The notes beneath the pieces were generated by a model that did no database searches, had not been told where the DNA came from, and saw only the letters and a list, made by a program, of their open reading frames with translations. Positions 13,102-24,230 of a stretch of 64,000 bases of DNA are shown piece after piece (within the stretch, counting starts at the first letter, position 1; the number at the start of each line of letters is the position of its first letter). Source of the stretch: an uncultured bacterium. Its GTDB lineage: Bacteria > Fermentibacterota > Fermentibacteria > Fermentibacterales > JCC-6. The DNA lies in assembly GCA_964426545.1 (NCBI GenBank), contig CAYRQP010000002.1, positions 44,979-108,978 of the forward strand. Reading direction: 5' to 3'. Both the position numbers and the translations under genes were made by a program.

Positions 13102-13737
13102 ATGATTGAAGCAAGAGTGTATTTAATGGATGGTACGGAAGCCGGGAAGATAGAACTTCCGGGTGAGTACTTTGGTGTCAATGTATCGACACATGTGTTG
13201 TGGGAAGTCGTCAGGGCTGAATCAGTGAATGCCCGAAGGGGAACAGCGTCAACACTGGGAAGAAGCGAAGTTAAGGCAACCGGCAGGAAACCTTACAGAC
13301 AAAAGGGCACCGGCAACGCCCGTGCGGGAACATTCGCTTCCCCGATTTGGCGAGGCGGCGGTGTGACATTTGGTCCGAAACCGAAAAAATGGAACAAGAA
13401 AGTAAACAGGAAAGTCAGAAGGAAGGCCCTCTCCGGAATTCTCAGTGAAAGACTTGCTGAAGGTAATTTCAAAGTAATTAGAGATTTGAGTAGTACAGGT
13501 AAAACAAGAGAAATAGCTGATATGCTCAATTCCCTGGAGACTGAGGATCGAAAACGAAAAACCATACTTCTGATTGAGAACAGTGAAAATAGTAATCTGA
13601 TTGTCAGAGCATCGTCCAACATACCATTGCTCACAGTAGCATATGCTCAGGATGTTTCCGTATCCGAACTTGTAGATGCGGAAGTTGTCTTTTTGTCAGA
13701 ATCAGCTATGGACAGTTTGAAAGAAAGGCTGAAATGA
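13102..13737 (+). CDS. rplD: 50S ribosomal protein L4
   Basis: Conserved L4 sequence, canonical S10-operon order. Confidence 0.93.
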   Translation: MIEARVYLMDGTEAGKIELPGEYFGVNVSTHVLWEVVRAESVNARRGTASTLGRSEVKATGRKPYRQKGTGNARAGTFASPIWRGGGVTFGPKPKKWNKKVNRKVRRKALSGILSERLAEGNFKVIRDLSSTGKTREIADMLNSLETEDRKRKTILLIENSENSNLIVRASSNIPLLTVAYAQDVSVSELVDAEVVFLSESAMDSLKERLK

Positions 13738-14024
13738 TGGATGCCAGAGAGATTATTATCAGTCCGATAGTGAGTGAAAAAAGTTACGAACTGAGGGAAA
13801 TTGCAAATCAGTATGCATTCAAGGTATATCCACGAGCTTCGAAAAAACAGATAGCACTCGCAATAGAAGAGATATTCGAAGTTACCGTAGTGAAAGTAAG
13901 GACTATCAGAATGCTCGGAAAGAAGAAGCGCGTGGGCCGCAGCCTCGGCAGAAGACCTTCATGGAAGAAAGCGTTCATCACGCTGGCCGAAGGTGATACC
14001 GTCGATTTCTTTGAGGGGGTTTAA
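13734..14024 (+). CDS. rplW: 50S ribosomal protein L23
   Basis: Conserved L23, overlaps rplD stop by 4 nt. Confidence 0.93.
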   Translation: MMDAREIIISPIVSEKSYELREIANQYAFKVYPRASKKQIALAIEEIFEVTVVKVRTIRMLGKKKRVGRSLGRRPSWKKAFITLAEGDTVDFFEGV

Positions 14025-14026
14025 CT

Positions 14027-14866
14027 ATGGGTACTAAACGCTGGAAACCAATGACTCCCGGAACCAGATTCAAGGTATCTCCGGATTTTGAAGAAATCAC
14101 CAGAGACCACGGCGAAAAATCACTCATGGAGCCGATCAAGAGTAAAGCCGGAAGAAACAACATGGGTCGCGTTACATCAAGACATAGGGGTGGCGGACAC
14201 AAAAGAAGATATCGCAGAATCGATTTCAAAAGGAATAAATTAGATATCCCGGGAAAGGTATATTCAATAGAATATGATCCAAACAGATCAGCACGCATTG
14301 CTCTCATTGTATATGCAGACGGAGAAAAACGCTATATACTGGCACCTGAAGGACTGGGAGTCGGTGATTCGGTAATTGCCGGGAAAGACGTACCGCCGGA
14401 AGTCGGAAACAGTCTTCCTCTCTCGAGAATTCCGCTGGGTTCAACAATACACAATGTGGAACTCAAACCGGGTAAGGGAGCTCAGATTGCCCGCTCTGCC
14501 GGAGCTTCGATACAACTGATGGCGAGAGAAGGCAAATACGCTACACTGAGACTGCCGTCCCGGGAAATCAGGATGGTGTCTGTTAACTGCACTGCAACAA
14601 TGGGCACTGTAGGAAACTCAGAACATTCACTCATCGTACCCGGAAAAGCCGGAGCAAACCGATGGAGAGGTAGGCGTCCGCATGTGCGCGGAGTAGTCAT
14701 GAACCCGGTCGATCACCCTATGGGTGGCGGAGAAGGAAAGTCCAGCGGGGGGCGGCACCCTTGTTCACCCTGGGGACAACTCGCCAAAGGACTTAAGACC
14801 AGAAGAAAAAAGGAATCAGACCGTCTGATCCTGCGTCGCAGAACTGCAGGGAAGAGGAGGAAGTAG
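14027..14866 (+). CDS. rplB: 50S ribosomal protein L2
   Basis: …[22 protein letters not shown]… conserved L2. Confidence 0.95.
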   Translation: MGTKRWKPMTPGTRFKVSPDFEEITRDHGEKSLMEPIKSKAGRNNMGRVTSRHRGGGHKRRYRRIDFKRNKLDIPGKVYSIEYDPNRSARIALIVYADGEKRYILAPEGLGVGDSVIAGKDVPPEVGNSLPLSRIPLGSTIHNVELKPGKGAQIARSAGASIQLMAREGKYATLRLPSREIRMVSVNCTATMGTVGNSEHSLIVPGKAGANRWRGRRPHVRGVVMNPVDHPMGGGEGKSSGGRHPCSPWGQLAKGLKTRRKKESDRLILRRRTAGKRRK

Positions 14867-14868
14867 TC

Positions 14869-15141
14869 ATGTCCAGATCATTAAAAAAAGGACCGTATAT
14901 CGACACGAAACTGTTCGAAAGAGTAAAAATGATGAATGAATCCGGTGAACATAAAGCTATCTACACATCTTCGAGACGCTCAACTATCCCACCTGATTTC
15001 GTAGGACACACATTTCATGTTCATAACGGACGCAAATTCATTCCGGTTTACGTCGTTGAAAATATGGTAGGCCACAAACTCGGTGAATTTTCCCCGACAC
15101 GGATATTCCGCGGACACCGGGTCACCGGCGCAGCGACATAA
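14869..15141 (+). CDS. rpsS: 30S ribosomal protein S19
   Basis: [12 protein letters not shown]… conserved S19. Confidence 0.95.
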   Translation: MSRSLKKGPYIDTKLFERVKMMNESGEHKAIYTSSRRSTIPPDFVGHTFHVHNGRKFIPVYVVENMVGHKLGEFSPTRIFRGHRVTGAAT

Positions 15142-15152
15142 GGGGAGATAAT

Positions 15153-15527
15153 ATGGAAATTGAAGCTGTAGCAAAAGCAAGATATGTTAAAGTGTCACCT
15201 CAAAAAGCCAGATTGGTTGCAGACCTTATCAGGGGAAAAACCGTCAATCAGGCATTGGCAATTCTCATGACTCAACATAAGAATGCATCCCGGATCATTG
15301 AGACAACACTGGATTCAGCAGTTGCAAACGCAGTACAGAAAGCAGGAGAATACAGGCTGGATGTAGATAAACTCGTCGTATCTGGAATCACGGTCGACGG
15401 GGGACCTATTACAATGCGTTGGCGGCCCAGAGCCAGAGGACGTGCCACAAAAATAAGACACCGCACGAGTCATATTACAATAAGAATTATCAATACCGCA
15501 GCTGCTAAACCGAAAAAGGGAGAGTGA
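15153..15527 (+). CDS. rplV: 50S ribosomal protein L22
   Basis: Conserved L22 sequence and position. Confidence 0.93.
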   Translation: MEIEAVAKARYVKVSPQKARLVADLIRGKTVNQALAILMTQHKNASRIIETTLDSAVANAVQKAGEYRLDVDKLVVSGITVDGGPITMRWRPRARGRATKIRHRTSHITIRIINTAAAKPKKGE

Positions 15528-15528
15528 T

Positions 15529-16197
15529 ATGGGACAGAAAACAAATCCAATCGGTCTCAGACTCGGAATCAGTCGCGGCTGGGATTCTGTCTGGTTTGCA
15601 AAAGGGAACAAATATGCTGTACTGGTCAAGGAAGATGCCGATATCAGAAAGTATCTGGGGTCCAGGCTGGAGAAAGCACAAGTAGCACGCATAGAAATAT
15701 TCAGGAAACTGGACGATGTGGAGATTATAATCTGGACTGCCCGCCCCGGCCATGTTATCGGGTCGAAGGGCTCCACAATTGACAGCATAACTCAGGAACT
15801 GAGTGTTCTTACATCAGGAAAGAAAATCAGAGTAAAAGTCGAAGAGATTCGCAAGGACAGAAGCAATGCCGTCTTGATAGCAGATAAGATAGCCCGTCAG
15901 CTTGAGGGCAGAGTCTCCGTCCGCCGTGCTATGCGGATGGCAATAAGAGATGCTATGAGCGACGGGGTTGAAGGTATAAAAGTCATGTGTTCAGGAAGAC
16001 TCGGCGGAGCTGAGATGTCACGGGTAAATACTTACCATGAAGGAAGAGTTCCTCTTCACACATTCAGAGCAGACATAGGATTTGCCAAGGATTCAGCCAA
16101 TACAACATACGGTAAAATAGGTGTCAAGGTCTGGGTATACCACGGTGAGGTTTTTGAACGGCCTGTCTCAGGTTCTAATGATGGAAGCAGGAGATAA
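15529..16197 (+). CDS. rpsC: 30S ribosomal protein S3
   Basis: MGQKTNPIGLRLGI… conserved S3 (KH domain). Confidence 0.95.
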   Translation: MGQKTNPIGLRLGISRGWDSVWFAKGNKYAVLVKEDADIRKYLGSRLEKAQVARIEIFRKLDDVEIIIWTARPGHVIGSKGSTIDSITQELSVLTSGKKIRVKVEEIRKDRSNAVLIADKIARQLEGRVSVRRAMRMAIRDAMSDGVEGIKVMCSGRLGGAEMSRVNTYHEGRVPLHTFRADIGFAKDSANTTYGKIGVKVWVYHGEVFERPVSGSNDGSRR

Positions 16198-16200
16198 AAA

Positions 16201-16623
16201 ATGTTAATGCCGAAAAGAACAAAATACAGGAAACAGCACAGAGGCAGAATGCGTGGCAAAACCAAAGGTGGCGGAACTGTCGATTTTGGTGAGTACGGCC
16301 TGCAGGCAACTGCACCCGGCTGGATTTCCAGTGCCCAGATTGAATCAGCCCGCGTTGCGCTGACAAGACACATAAAGAGACACGGTAAAGTCTGGATCAG
16401 GGTCTTCCCCGACAAACCGGTCACATCCACTCCCGCCGAAACCCGGATGGGTAAAGGTAAGGGAGCAGTTGATCACTGGGTTGCAGTTGTTAAACCCGGA
16501 AGAGTCATGTTCGAAGTAGAGGGTGTTACGCTGGAAATGGCTCGCGCTGCCATGCGGCTTGCAGGTCATAAACTTCCTATATCAACAAGGTTTGTTGTTA
16601 GAAACAAGGAGGTACTTCGATGA
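16201..16623 (+). CDS. rplP: 50S ribosomal protein L16
   Basis: [19 protein letters not shown]… conserved L16. Confidence 0.95.
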   Translation: MLMPKRTKYRKQHRGRMRGKTKGGGTVDFGEYGLQATAPGWISSAQIESARVALTRHIKRHGKVWIRVFPDKPVTSTPAETRMGKGKGAVDHWVAVVKPGRVMFEVEGVTLEMARAAMRLAGHKLPISTRFVVRNKEVLR

Positions 16624-16841
16624 AAGCTCACGAATTGCGTTCCATGAGCCGCGAAGAACTTGAAGTACATGCAGATGACCTGCGAAAGGAACTTTTCAAC
16701 CTAAGGTTCCGTGCGGGAACGAAACAGGAAAAACTGGAGAATCCTCTGCGGCTGCGCGTAGCAGGCAGGGAATTGGCAAGAGCATTAACAATTCTGAATG
16801 AAACTTCCACAGAGATAAAGAAATCTTCCGAGGAGAACTGA
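16620..16841 (+). CDS. rpmC: 50S ribosomal protein L29
   Basis: Conserved L29, overlaps rplP stop. Confidence 0.9.
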   Translation: MKAHELRSMSREELEVHADDLRKELFNLRFRAGTKQEKLENPLRLRVAGRELARALTILNETSTEIKKSSEEN

Positions 16842-16842
16842 C

Positions 16843-17106
16843 ATGGCAGAATCAAGAAGAAACAATAGGAGGGTTCTCAAAGGGACTGTAATATCTGATG
16901 CTATGGATAAGACAATCGTGGTGAAAGTCGAATCTTTGAAAGCACATCCTGTTTACAAGAAGAGATACCACACATCGAAAAAGTACTTTGCGCATGATGA
17001 AGAGAACCAGTGTAATGCAGGGGATACAGTGACAATCGCTGAAACCCGGCCGCTTTCGAAGAAGAAACGCTGGCGTTTATTAGAGATCGTCGAAAGAGCC
17101 CGATAG
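16843..17106 (+). CDS. rpsQ: 30S ribosomal protein S17
   Basis: Conserved S17 sequence and position. Confidence 0.93.
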   Translation: MAESRRNNRRVLKGTVISDAMDKTIVVKVESLKAHPVYKKRYHTSKKYFAHDEENQCNAGDTVTIAETRPLSKKKRWRLLEIVERAR

Positions 17107-17118
17107 GAGATAACCGGT

Positions 17119-17484
17119 ATGATTCAGCAGGAAACAAGATTAAAGGTTGCCGATAATTCCGGTGCAAAAATCGTTCAGTGCATCAGAGTTCTCGGCGGTA
17201 CTGGCAGACGCTATGCCACAATTGGCGATGTCATCGTTATATCGATCAAGGATGCCATTCCGGATGGAACCGTGAAAGCGGGAGAAGTCCATCACGCAGT
17301 AGTCGTGAGAACAAGAAAGGAACTGAACAGAAAAGACGGTACATCTGTCAGATTCGACGACAATGCTGCTGTTATTCTCGATGAAGGATATCAGCCGGTA
17401 GCTACGAGAATATTCGGTCCCGTCGGACGAGAACTGAGGGAACACTTCATGAAAATAGTATCGCTTGCCCCGGAGGTTGTGTGA
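17119..17484 (+). CDS. rplN: 50S ribosomal protein L14
   Basis: [17 protein letters not shown]… conserved L14. Confidence 0.95.
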   Translation: MIQQETRLKVADNSGAKIVQCIRVLGGTGRRYATIGDVIVISIKDAIPDGTVKAGEVHHAVVVRTRKELNRKDGTSVRFDDNAAVILDEGYQPVATRIFGPVGRELREHFMKIVSLAPEVV

Positions 17485-17801
17485 TGAATATAAAAAAGGG
17501 CGAGAAAGTACTCGTTCATAAGGGTGAAAGCAAAGGAAAGCAGGGAAAAGTGCTGAAAGTATTTCCGAACAGGAACATGGTGATAGTAGAAGGATGCAAT
17601 CTTCTGAAACGGCATACGCGTCCATCCAACAAGAACCAGCAGGGCGGAATAATAGAAAAAGAAGCACCCATTGACTGTTCCAATATTAAAATTATCTGTC
17701 CCGGATGCGGCAAAGCGGTTAGAATAAAGCGCCGTCGTGATCCAGAAGGTCGTCTTGTCAGACACTGCAAATCCTGTGACGAGATAATTTCAACAGGTTA
17801 G
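17481..17801 (+). CDS. rplX: 50S ribosomal protein L24 with C-terminal CxxC…CxxC zinc-ribbon-like tail
   Basis: N-terminal KOW region ([20 protein letters not shown]) typical of bL24; C-terminus carries CPGC…(18 aa)…CKSC. Confidence 0.9.
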   Translation: MMNIKKGEKVLVHKGESKGKQGKVLKVFPNRNMVIVEGCNLLKRHTRPSNKNQQGGIIEKEAPIDCSNIKIICPGCGKAVRIKRRRDPEGRLVRHCKSCDEIISTG

Positions 17802-17814
17802 GAAGGCAGGTAAA

Positions 17815-18375
17815 ATGAATAACTCGGCGAGATTACACGCTATTTACACCAAAGAGACCAAGACAAAGATGATGGACCGGTTTCAATACAGCAACGTCCA
17901 GGAAATACCCAGTCTTTCGAAAATCGTCATCAATATGGGGCTTGGTGCTGAAGCTCTTGATAACGCAAACAACCTTACTAACGCTGTCAATCAGTTAACT
18001 GCAATAGCAGGACAGACACCTGTTGTGGTAAAGGCAAAGAGGTCGGTTGCAGGATTCAAACTCAGGGAAGGGTCTCCCATCGGAACTTTCGTAACCCTTA
18101 GAGGAACCCGCATGTGGGAATTTCTCGATAGACTCGTAACATTCTCACTGCCGCAGGTGCGTGACTTCAGGGGACTTTCACCCAGGGGTTTTGACGGTAT
18201 GGGTAATTATAATTTCGGGATTGAAGAACAGGTTATTTTTCCCGAAGTTAATGTAGATAAAGTAGACAAATTCAGAGGTATGAACATTACTATCGTTACA
18301 ACTGCTAAAACGGATGAGGAATCACTGGAACTTCTTAAACTTCTGGGTATGCCTTTCCGAAAAAGCGGAAAGTAA
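17815..18375 (+). CDS. rplE: 50S ribosomal protein L5
   Basis: Conserved L5 sequence and position. Confidence 0.95.
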   Translation: MNNSARLHAIYTKETKTKMMDRFQYSNVQEIPSLSKIVINMGLGAEALDNANNLTNAVNQLTAIAGQTPVVVKAKRSVAGFKLREGSPIGTFVTLRGTRMWEFLDRLVTFSLPQVRDFRGLSPRGFDGMGNYNFGIEEQVIFPEVNVDKVDKFRGMNITIVTTAKTDEESLELLKLLGMPFRKSGK

Positions 18376-18389
18376 CAGGGGGGTATAAA

Positions 18390-18575
18390 TTGGCAAAAAA
18401 AGCTCTAGTTGAAAAACAGAAAAGAACTCCCAGGTTCAAAGTTCGAAAGTATAACCGCTGTTCGATCTGCGGACGTCCTCGGGGATATCTGAGAAAATTC
18501 GGCATATGCCGTATTTGTTTTCGGGACATGGCCAACAGGGGCCTGCTTCCTGGTGTACACAAGGCAAGCTGGTAG
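18390..18575 (+). CDS. rpsZ: 30S ribosomal protein S14 type Z (zinc-binding short form)
   Basis: 61 aa with CSICGRP…CRICFR Cys4 motif. Confidence 0.93.
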   Translation: MAKKALVEKQKRTPRFKVRKYNRCSICGRPRGYLRKFGICRICFRDMANRGLLPGVHKASW

Positions 18576-18586
18576 GAGGAAATGAT

Positions 18587-18982
18587 ATGTCAATGACAGA
18601 CCCCATAGCCGATATGCTTACCAGAATAAGGAATGCAGCCAAAGCAGAACACAAATATGTAGATATTCCTTCTTCTAATCTTAAGACTTCTATTGCACAC
18701 ACACTTTATTCCAAAGGATTCGTACGCGGATTCAGAAAGATAGAGGATGGTAAGCAAGGAATTCTCAGAGTGTATCTGGCATACAGAAACAACCAGTCTC
18801 TTATCGTTGGAATTAAGAGAATATCGAAACCGGGATGCCGCGTATACAAGTCTGCTGATGACATTCCGAGAGTCATGGGCGGACGCGGAATAGCCATTAT
18901 TACAACACCGCAAGGCGTTTTGACAGATGCGGAAGCAAGAAGACAGCATGTTGGCGGCGAAGTGCTGCTTCATGTCTGGTAG
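18587..18982 (+). CDS. rpsH: 30S ribosomal protein S8
   Basis: MSMTDPIADMLTRIRNA… conserved S8; start chosen at ATG preceded by GGAGGAA (track ORF begins further upstream at 18506). Confidence 0.93.
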   Translation: MSMTDPIADMLTRIRNAAKAEHKYVDIPSSNLKTSIAHTLYSKGFVRGFRKIEDGKQGILRVYLAYRNNQSLIVGIKRISKPGCRVYKSADDIPRVMGGRGIAIITTPQGVLTDAEARRQHVGGEVLLHVW

Positions 18983-18991
18983 GAGGTATTT

Positions 18992-19537
18992 ATGTCGCGA
19001 ATAGGCAGGCTGCCGATACCAATTCCTGAAAAGGTTTCTGTATCTGTAGGCAAAGGAACGGTCAAAATTGAAGGGCCGAGAGGGAAATCGGAATATGTAC
19101 TTCCGGAAGGAATTTCTGCAAAGATAGATGATGGCAGGCTTGTCATAAGCAGAAAAGATGATACAAAACCGATGAAGACAATACATGGTACATCCCGCGC
19201 TCAGATAGCAAACGAGATAACAGGTGTTTCCGAAGGCCATAAGAAAACCCTTATCGTGAACGGAAAAGGTTATCAGGCTGAAGCCAAGGAGAATGTATTG
19301 GAAATGCAGTTGGGATTTTCTCACAAGGTCATTTTCGAAATCCCGGTGGGGCTCGAAGTCGAGGCAAAACCCGGACAGAACAGTTTTACATTGATAATAA
19401 CAGGCAACAGGAAACAGCTCACCGGAGCTTTCGCAGCAGAACTTTACAAAGTAAAACCGGTTGAACCGTATAACATGATCGGATTCCGCTACATAGATCA
19501 GTATGTCAAACGGAAGACCATCAAAACAATCACATAG
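18992..19537 (+). CDS. rplF: 50S ribosomal protein L6
   Basis: [12 protein letters not shown]… conserved L6. Confidence 0.95.
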   Translation: MSRIGRLPIPIPEKVSVSVGKGTVKIEGPRGKSEYVLPEGISAKIDDGRLVISRKDDTKPMKTIHGTSRAQIANEITGVSEGHKKTLIVNGKGYQAEAKENVLEMQLGFSHKVIFEIPVGLEVEAKPGQNSFTLIITGNRKQLTGAFAAELYKVKPVEPYNMIGFRYIDQYVKRKTIKTIT

Positions 19538-19553
19538 AATATCGCGAGGAAAT

Positions 19554-19916
19554 ATGACAAAACTAACCCGCAGACAAAGGCTTCGGATAAGGCATAAGCG
19601 TTTGCGCAAGAAGGTGTTTGGAACGGCCGGACGACCACGTCTTCATGTGAAGAGGTCTATAAATCACATAGAAGCCAGTCTCATAGATGATATCGCCGGG
19701 AAAACACTTCTTTCCGCAACTACAAAAGCACTTTCTTTTGCCATTGAGAAAAAGGAAACCAAGACAGAACAGGCTACCCGCCTTGGCAGCCTTATCGGCA
19801 AAAAAGCCATTGAGAACGGTATTGAGACAGTTGTGTTCGACAGGGGTGGAAATCCTTATAGTGGCAGAATCAAGGCACTGGCAGAAAGTGCCCGGTCCGC
19901 CGGACTGAAATTTTAG
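19554..19916 (+). CDS. rplR: 50S ribosomal protein L18
   Basis: [20 protein letters not shown]… conserved L18; ATG after GAGGAAAT RBS (track ORF 19503 overlaps rplF). Confidence 0.92.
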   Translation: MTKLTRRQRLRIRHKRLRKKVFGTAGRPRLHVKRSINHIEASLIDDIAGKTLLSATTKALSFAIEKKETKTEQATRLGSLIGKKAIENGIETVVFDRGGNPYSGRIKALAESARSAGLKF

Positions 19917-19931
19917 AAGGGACGGTGGCAA

Positions 19932-20510
19932 ATGGAACAGGATAGACAGCAGAATAGCAGGCAGCGGGACGGCAAACCAAGAGGAAACAGAAAGCCGCAG
20001 CGAAGGCAGTCAGTCATAGAAGAAAAGGGACTTATAGAGAGAACCATTACGGTTAACAGAGTATCAAAAGTCACAAAAGGCGGCAGAAATTTCGGATTCA
20101 ATGCCATTATTGCAGTTGGTGACTGCAAGGGAAGAGTAGGCGTTGGGTTGGGAAAAGCAACAGAACTACCGGCTGCCATCAAAAAAGGTCAGGAAGAGGC
20201 TATGAGATCCATGATATCTATACCGCTGACCGATGGAAGAACAATACCGCATCTTATTATCGGGAAAAGCGGTGCCGGACAGGTAATTCTGCGTCCTGCC
20301 ACACCAGGAACAGGAGTGATTGCGGGAACAGCAGTACGTGCTATCATGGAATGTGCGGGAATCAAGGATATTCTCACAAAAGCCCAGGGTTCTAACAATG
20401 CACACAATGTCGTAAACGCGACGATGCAGGGATTGAAAGACCTCATTCTGATCGACGAAGTAAGCAGATACAGAGAAGCGGCAGTTGCGAGAAGGAGTTC
20501 TGATGAGTAA
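19932..20510 (+). CDS. rpsE: 30S ribosomal protein S5 (Arg/Gln-rich N-terminal extension)
   Basis: …[14 protein letters not shown]…, conserved S5 domains. Confidence 0.95.
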   Translation: MEQDRQQNSRQRDGKPRGNRKPQRRQSVIEEKGLIERTITVNRVSKVTKGGRNFGFNAIIAVGDCKGRVGVGLGKATELPAAIKKGQEEAMRSMISIPLTDGRTIPHLIIGKSGAGQVILRPATPGTGVIAGTAVRAIMECAGIKDILTKAQGSNNAHNVVNATMQGLKDLILIDEVSRYREAAVARRSSDE

Positions 20511-20691
20511 GAAGCTTAAGGTCACTCAGTTGCGAAGCGGAATAGGCAGACTCGAAAAACAGAAGCGCACCCTGGAAGCCCTCGGATTGAGGGGTATCAG
20601 GCACTCTGTAATTCACGAAGACAGACCTAACATCCGCGGTATGATCAATGTAGTCAGTCACCTTGTCAAGGTAGAGGAGGTTGAAGAATGA
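20503..20691 (+). CDS. rpmD: 50S ribosomal protein L30
   Basis: [15 protein letters not shown]…; ATG after GAAGGAG, overlaps rpsE stop. Confidence 0.9.
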   Translation: MSKKLKVTQLRSGIGRLEKQKRTLEALGLRGIRHSVIHEDRPNIRGMINVVSHLVKVEEVEE

Positions 20692-21128
20692 GACGTCTGC
20701 AACACTTGAAATCTTCTCCCGGCGCAACAAAGTCATCGATGAGAAAAGGTCGCGGCAGGGGCAGCAAAGGCAGAACCTGTGGCAGCGGACACAAAGGACA
20801 GAATTCACGCGCCAGTGTAAGTCCGTGGTTCGAAGGCGGACAGATGCCGCTTCAGCGGCGACTGAGCCACAAGGGTTTTAATAACAACCGCTTTGCTGTG
20901 AAGTATCAGATCGTCAATATTGGTTTGCTCGAGCGTTTCGATGCAGGCACGATAGTAACACCTGATCTTCTCAAGGAATCCGGATTAATCTCTTCGAGAC
21001 GAGAGAAGGTTAAAATTCTCGGCACAGGTGAAATTACTAAGAAGTTAACTGTTCAGGTACATGCCTTCAGTTCTGTTGCTGAAAAGGCAATTGTCGAGGC
21101 AGGCGGGAAAGCAGAGGTTATCCGGTAA
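20688..21128 (+). CDS. rplO: 50S ribosomal protein L15
   Basis: …[22 protein letters not shown]… conserved L15. Confidence 0.95.
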   Translation: MRRLQHLKSSPGATKSSMRKGRGRGSKGRTCGSGHKGQNSRASVSPWFEGGQMPLQRRLSHKGFNNNRFAVKYQIVNIGLLERFDAGTIVTPDLLKESGLISSRREKVKILGTGEITKKLTVQVHAFSSVAEKAIVEAGGKAEVIR

Positions 21129-22435
21129 TGCGCGGCTTTGAAAGTATTCTGAAAATTGGTGAACTCAGAAAGAAAATCTTCTATACTTTTCTTCTTCTGG
21201 CTGTTTACAGACTCGGCGGCCACATACCTGTTCCCGGCATAAACGGCGATGCTCTTACAGAGGCATTTAGTTCGGGTGGCGGCGGTCTTATGGGAATGTA
21301 TGACCTGTTTGTCGGCGGAGCGCTACAGAGAGCATCTGTATTTGCACTTGGAATCATGCCGTACATCTCCGCCTCGATTATCATTCAGCTTCTTACATCG
21401 GTTTTCCCATACTTCGAAAGATTGAAGAAAGAAGGAGAAGCTGGCCGTCAGAAGATGACTGAAATCACAAGATATGCTACTGTTGTCCTTGCAATGATAC
21501 AGGGACTCGGTATAAGTCAGTACATCATAGGAATGAACTCTCAGGTACCCGGAGTTGTACCGAATCCGGGATTGGGATTTACAATTCAGACTGTAGTAAC
21601 TCTGATAACGGGTACTATTTTTGTCATGTGGCTGGGTGAAAGAATTACTGAGCGTGGAATTGGCAACGGTATAAGTCTGATAATCTTTGCCGGCATAGTC
21701 GGAAGACTGCCGGGTGCTTTGATTTCTATTTATCGCGATGTTTTCGTGCTTCAGCAGACAGGTTTCTTGACAGCAGTATTCCTTGGTTTCTTCATGTTTG
21801 CCGTGATTGCCTTTGTGGTACTTATGACCGAAGCCCAAAGGCGGATACCCGTTACCTATGCCAAACAGGTTAAGGGTCGAAAAGTCTATGGCGGACAGAA
21901 CACTCATATCCCCATACGCTTGAATACAGCCGGAGTTATTCCTGTCATATTCTCGCAGGCATTCATGATGTTTCCGAGCAGCATAGCAATGTTCTTCCCC
22001 GGATCAGGGATCGATACATGGGTAGCTAAGTATCTCTCACCTGGTGGTGCAATCTATATTACGGTTTACTGCCTGCTCATCATTCTCTTTGCATACATAT
22101 ATACGGCAATAACATTCAATCCCCAGGACCTGGCCGACAACATGAAAAAATATGGAGGCTTCATTCCGGGCAGAAAACCCGGGAAAAGCACTGCCAAGTA
22201 CATAGAAAAGGTTCTTGTGCGCGTAACACTTCCGGGTGCTCTGTTCCTTGCGGCTGTTGCTGTAATGCCCATGCTTCTCACAAGGCATGCCAATGTGAAT
22301 TTCATGTTTGGCGGGACAAGCCTCCTGATTGTGGTAGGTGTAGCACTCGAAACGCTCAGACAGATCGAGACACATCTTCTGATGCGTCACTATGACGGGT
22401 TCCTTTCAAAGGGAAAAATCAGAGGGAGAAGATAG
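21128..22435 (+). CDS. secY: preprotein translocase subunit SecY
   Basis: 435-aa polytopic membrane protein with conserved SecY motifs (…ALGIMPYISASIIIQLL…). Confidence 0.96.
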   Translation: MRGFESILKIGELRKKIFYTFLLLAVYRLGGHIPVPGINGDALTEAFSSGGGGLMGMYDLFVGGALQRASVFALGIMPYISASIIIQLLTSVFPYFERLKKEGEAGRQKMTEITRYATVVLAMIQGLGISQYIIGMNSQVPGVVPNPGLGFTIQTVVTLITGTIFVMWLGERITERGIGNGISLIIFAGIVGRLPGALISIYRDVFVLQQTGFLTAVFLGFFMFAVIAFVVLMTEAQRRIPVTYAKQVKGRKVYGGQNTHIPIRLNTAGVIPVIFSQAFMMFPSSIAMFFPGSGIDTWVAKYLSPGGAIYITVYCLLIILFAYIYTAITFNPQDLADNMKKYGGFIPGRKPGKSTAKYIEKVLVRVTLPGALFLAAVAVMPMLLTRHANVNFMFGGTSLLIVVGVALETLRQIETHLLMRHYDGFLSKGKIRGRR

Positions 22436-22439
22436 TCTG

Positions 22440-23069
22440 ATGAATCAGTTCAGAATTGTCTTACTGGGACCACCCGGTTCCGGGAAAAGTGTGACAACGG
22501 CAATGCTGTGTCAGAAACATGAACTCATTCATATATCAACCGGTAATATTTTCAAGGAAGAAGTGCGTCACAGAACTGACCTTGGGAAAAAAATAGAGGA
22601 TACGATAGCAGCCGGTGATCTTGTCAGCGACGAAATAGTCAACGAGGTCGTATTTCAGAAAATTGCGTCGTCAGAAAAAGGATTTATTCTCGATGGCTAT
22701 CCCCGTACACTTCAACAGGCTGAATCTCTCGATTTATGGCTCGAAAAACGCGGAGAACCGCTGACAGATATAATCTCACTTAGCGTGCCTGAAGAAATTC
22801 TCATAAAGAGAATAGCCGGAAGATTGACATGTACCGAATGTGGTTTCAGCAGTAAACAGTCTGAATATGACGAAGGGGACTTGTGTCCCCGGTGCAGTAA
22901 TCCGCTAATTGTCCGTGATGATGACAAAATAGATATACTGAAACACAGATTTGTCAATTATCGCAAAAAAACAGCACCCTTAAAAGAGTACTATAGAAAC
23001 TTACTTAAGATAGTTGATGGAACCGATACTGTTGAAGAAGTCGTCGAAAAAGTAGAGGAAGTTCTCTAG
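22440..23069 (+). CDS. adk: adenylate kinase (zinc-binding lid)
   Basis: P-loop LLGPPGSGKS, lid CxxC…CxxC (CTECGF…CPRCSNP); ATG after GAGGGAGAAG RBS. Confidence 0.93.
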   Translation: MNQFRIVLLGPPGSGKSVTTAMLCQKHELIHISTGNIFKEEVRHRTDLGKKIEDTIAAGDLVSDEIVNEVVFQKIASSEKGFILDGYPRTLQQAESLDLWLEKRGEPLTDIISLSVPEEILIKRIAGRLTCTECGFSSKQSEYDEGDLCPRCSNPLIVRDDDKIDILKHRFVNYRKKTAPLKEYYRNLLKIVDGTDTVEEVVEKVEEVL

Positions 23070-23073
23070 ACCA

Positions 23074-23817
23074 ATGAGTATTGTAAACGCAGTAGAACTC
23101 GAATACATGCGTGAATCCTGCTCAATTGTACGCGAAGCACTTGATGCAATGATGGCGTTTATCAAACCCGGAGTTTCGACTGCAGATATAGACAGGGTGG
23201 GAAGAAAAATCATAGAATCTCGCGGAGCTGTCCCGAGTTTTCTGGGTTACGACGGTTTTCCGGCTTCGGTCTGTGTCTCTATCAACAACGAAGTAGTACA
23301 TGGTATTCCGTCCACAAAACGGATAGTTCGTGAAGGTGACCTTGTCGGTATCGATGTAGGTGCTTTCAAAAACGGATATCATGGCGATGCGGCGGAAACT
23401 GTTCCGGTAGGCAGGATAAGTTCTGAAGCCGCTGAACTGCTAGCAGTTGTGTATACCGCGCGGGATAGAGGTGTTGCCGCTGCAAGAGCAGGTAATAAGG
23501 TAGGAGATATCGGGAATGCAATTCAACAGTATGTCGAGGGAAAGGGATTCAGTGTCGTGAAGACTCTTGTCGGACACGGAATCGGCAGAAAACTTCACGA
23601 AACTCCGCAAGTACCTAATTTCGGCAGCCCTGGTACGGGTTATAGACTAAAAGCAGGACTTGCCATAGCCATTGAACCGATGATAAATTTCGGCAGAAGT
23701 CCTGTCAGCATCCAAAAAGACGCATGGACTATTGTCACAGATGACGGCACATTGTCGGCTCATGCGGAGCACACGATTGTAATAACTGACAACGAACCTT
23801 TAATATTGACGACATGA
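23074..23817 (+). CDS. map: type I methionine aminopeptidase
   Basis: Conserved MetAP sequence (…GHGIGRKLHE…), canonical position after adk. Confidence 0.93.
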   Translation: MSIVNAVELEYMRESCSIVREALDAMMAFIKPGVSTADIDRVGRKIIESRGAVPSFLGYDGFPASVCVSINNEVVHGIPSTKRIVREGDLVGIDVGAFKNGYHGDAAETVPVGRISSEAAELLAVVYTARDRGVAAARAGNKVGDIGNAIQQYVEGKGFSVVKTLVGHGIGRKLHETPQVPNFGSPGTGYRLKAGLAIAIEPMINFGRSPVSIQKDAWTIVTDDGTLSAHAEHTIVITDNEPLILTT

Positions 23818-23862
23818 TGATAATTAGCAATGATATACGTTCCGCAAAAAGAAAGGTAAGCA

Positions 23863-24081
23863 GTGGTTAAGAACATTGTGAAAGATGGCACAGTTCTGGA
23901 AGTACTTCCCAACTACCAATGCCGAATTGAAATAGATGACATGAAAGGGCATATTGCATTGTGTTATATTTCCGGAAAAATGCGTCAGAATCACATTAGA
24001 ATACTAGTAGGTGACCGTGTTACGGTAGAATTATCTGCCTATGACCTTACCCGCGGCAGGATAACCTACAGATACAAGTGA
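23863..24081 (+). CDS. infA: translation initiation factor IF-1
   Basis: …[33 protein letters not shown]… conserved IF-1 S1-like fold; GTG start. Confidence 0.92.
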   Translation: MVKNIVKDGTVLEVLPNYQCRIEIDDMKGHIALCYISGKMRQNHIRILVGDRVTVELSAYDLTRGRITYRYK

Positions 24082-24089
24082 GGAAAAAA

Positions 24090-24206
24090 ATGAAAGTAAG
24101 AAGTTCAGTTAAAAAAATATGCGAACACTGTCAGATAATAAGACGGAAAGGGGTTGTGCGGGTGATTTGTTCCCGTGACCCGAAGCATAAGCAACGGCAG
24201 GGATAA
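24090..24206 (+). CDS. rpmJ: 50S ribosomal protein L36
   Basis: Hand-translated 38 aa [38 protein letters not shown] (not in ORF track because <60 aa); Cys3His zinc motif. Confidence 0.9.
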   Translation: MKVRSSVKKICEHCQIIRRKGVVRVICSRDPKHKQRQG

Positions 24207-24230
24207 CTGCCGGACATTTGGAGGTAAACA

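Noticed and set aside
18590-19609. 339-aa minus-strand ORF spanning rpsH-rplF-rplR
   Set aside because: It overlaps three conserved ribosomal protein genes and has no homology signal. It is an artefact of low stop-codon frequency on the antisense strand.
21323-21907. 194-aa antisense ORF within secY
   Set aside because: Same reasoning; overlaps conserved SecY coding sequence.
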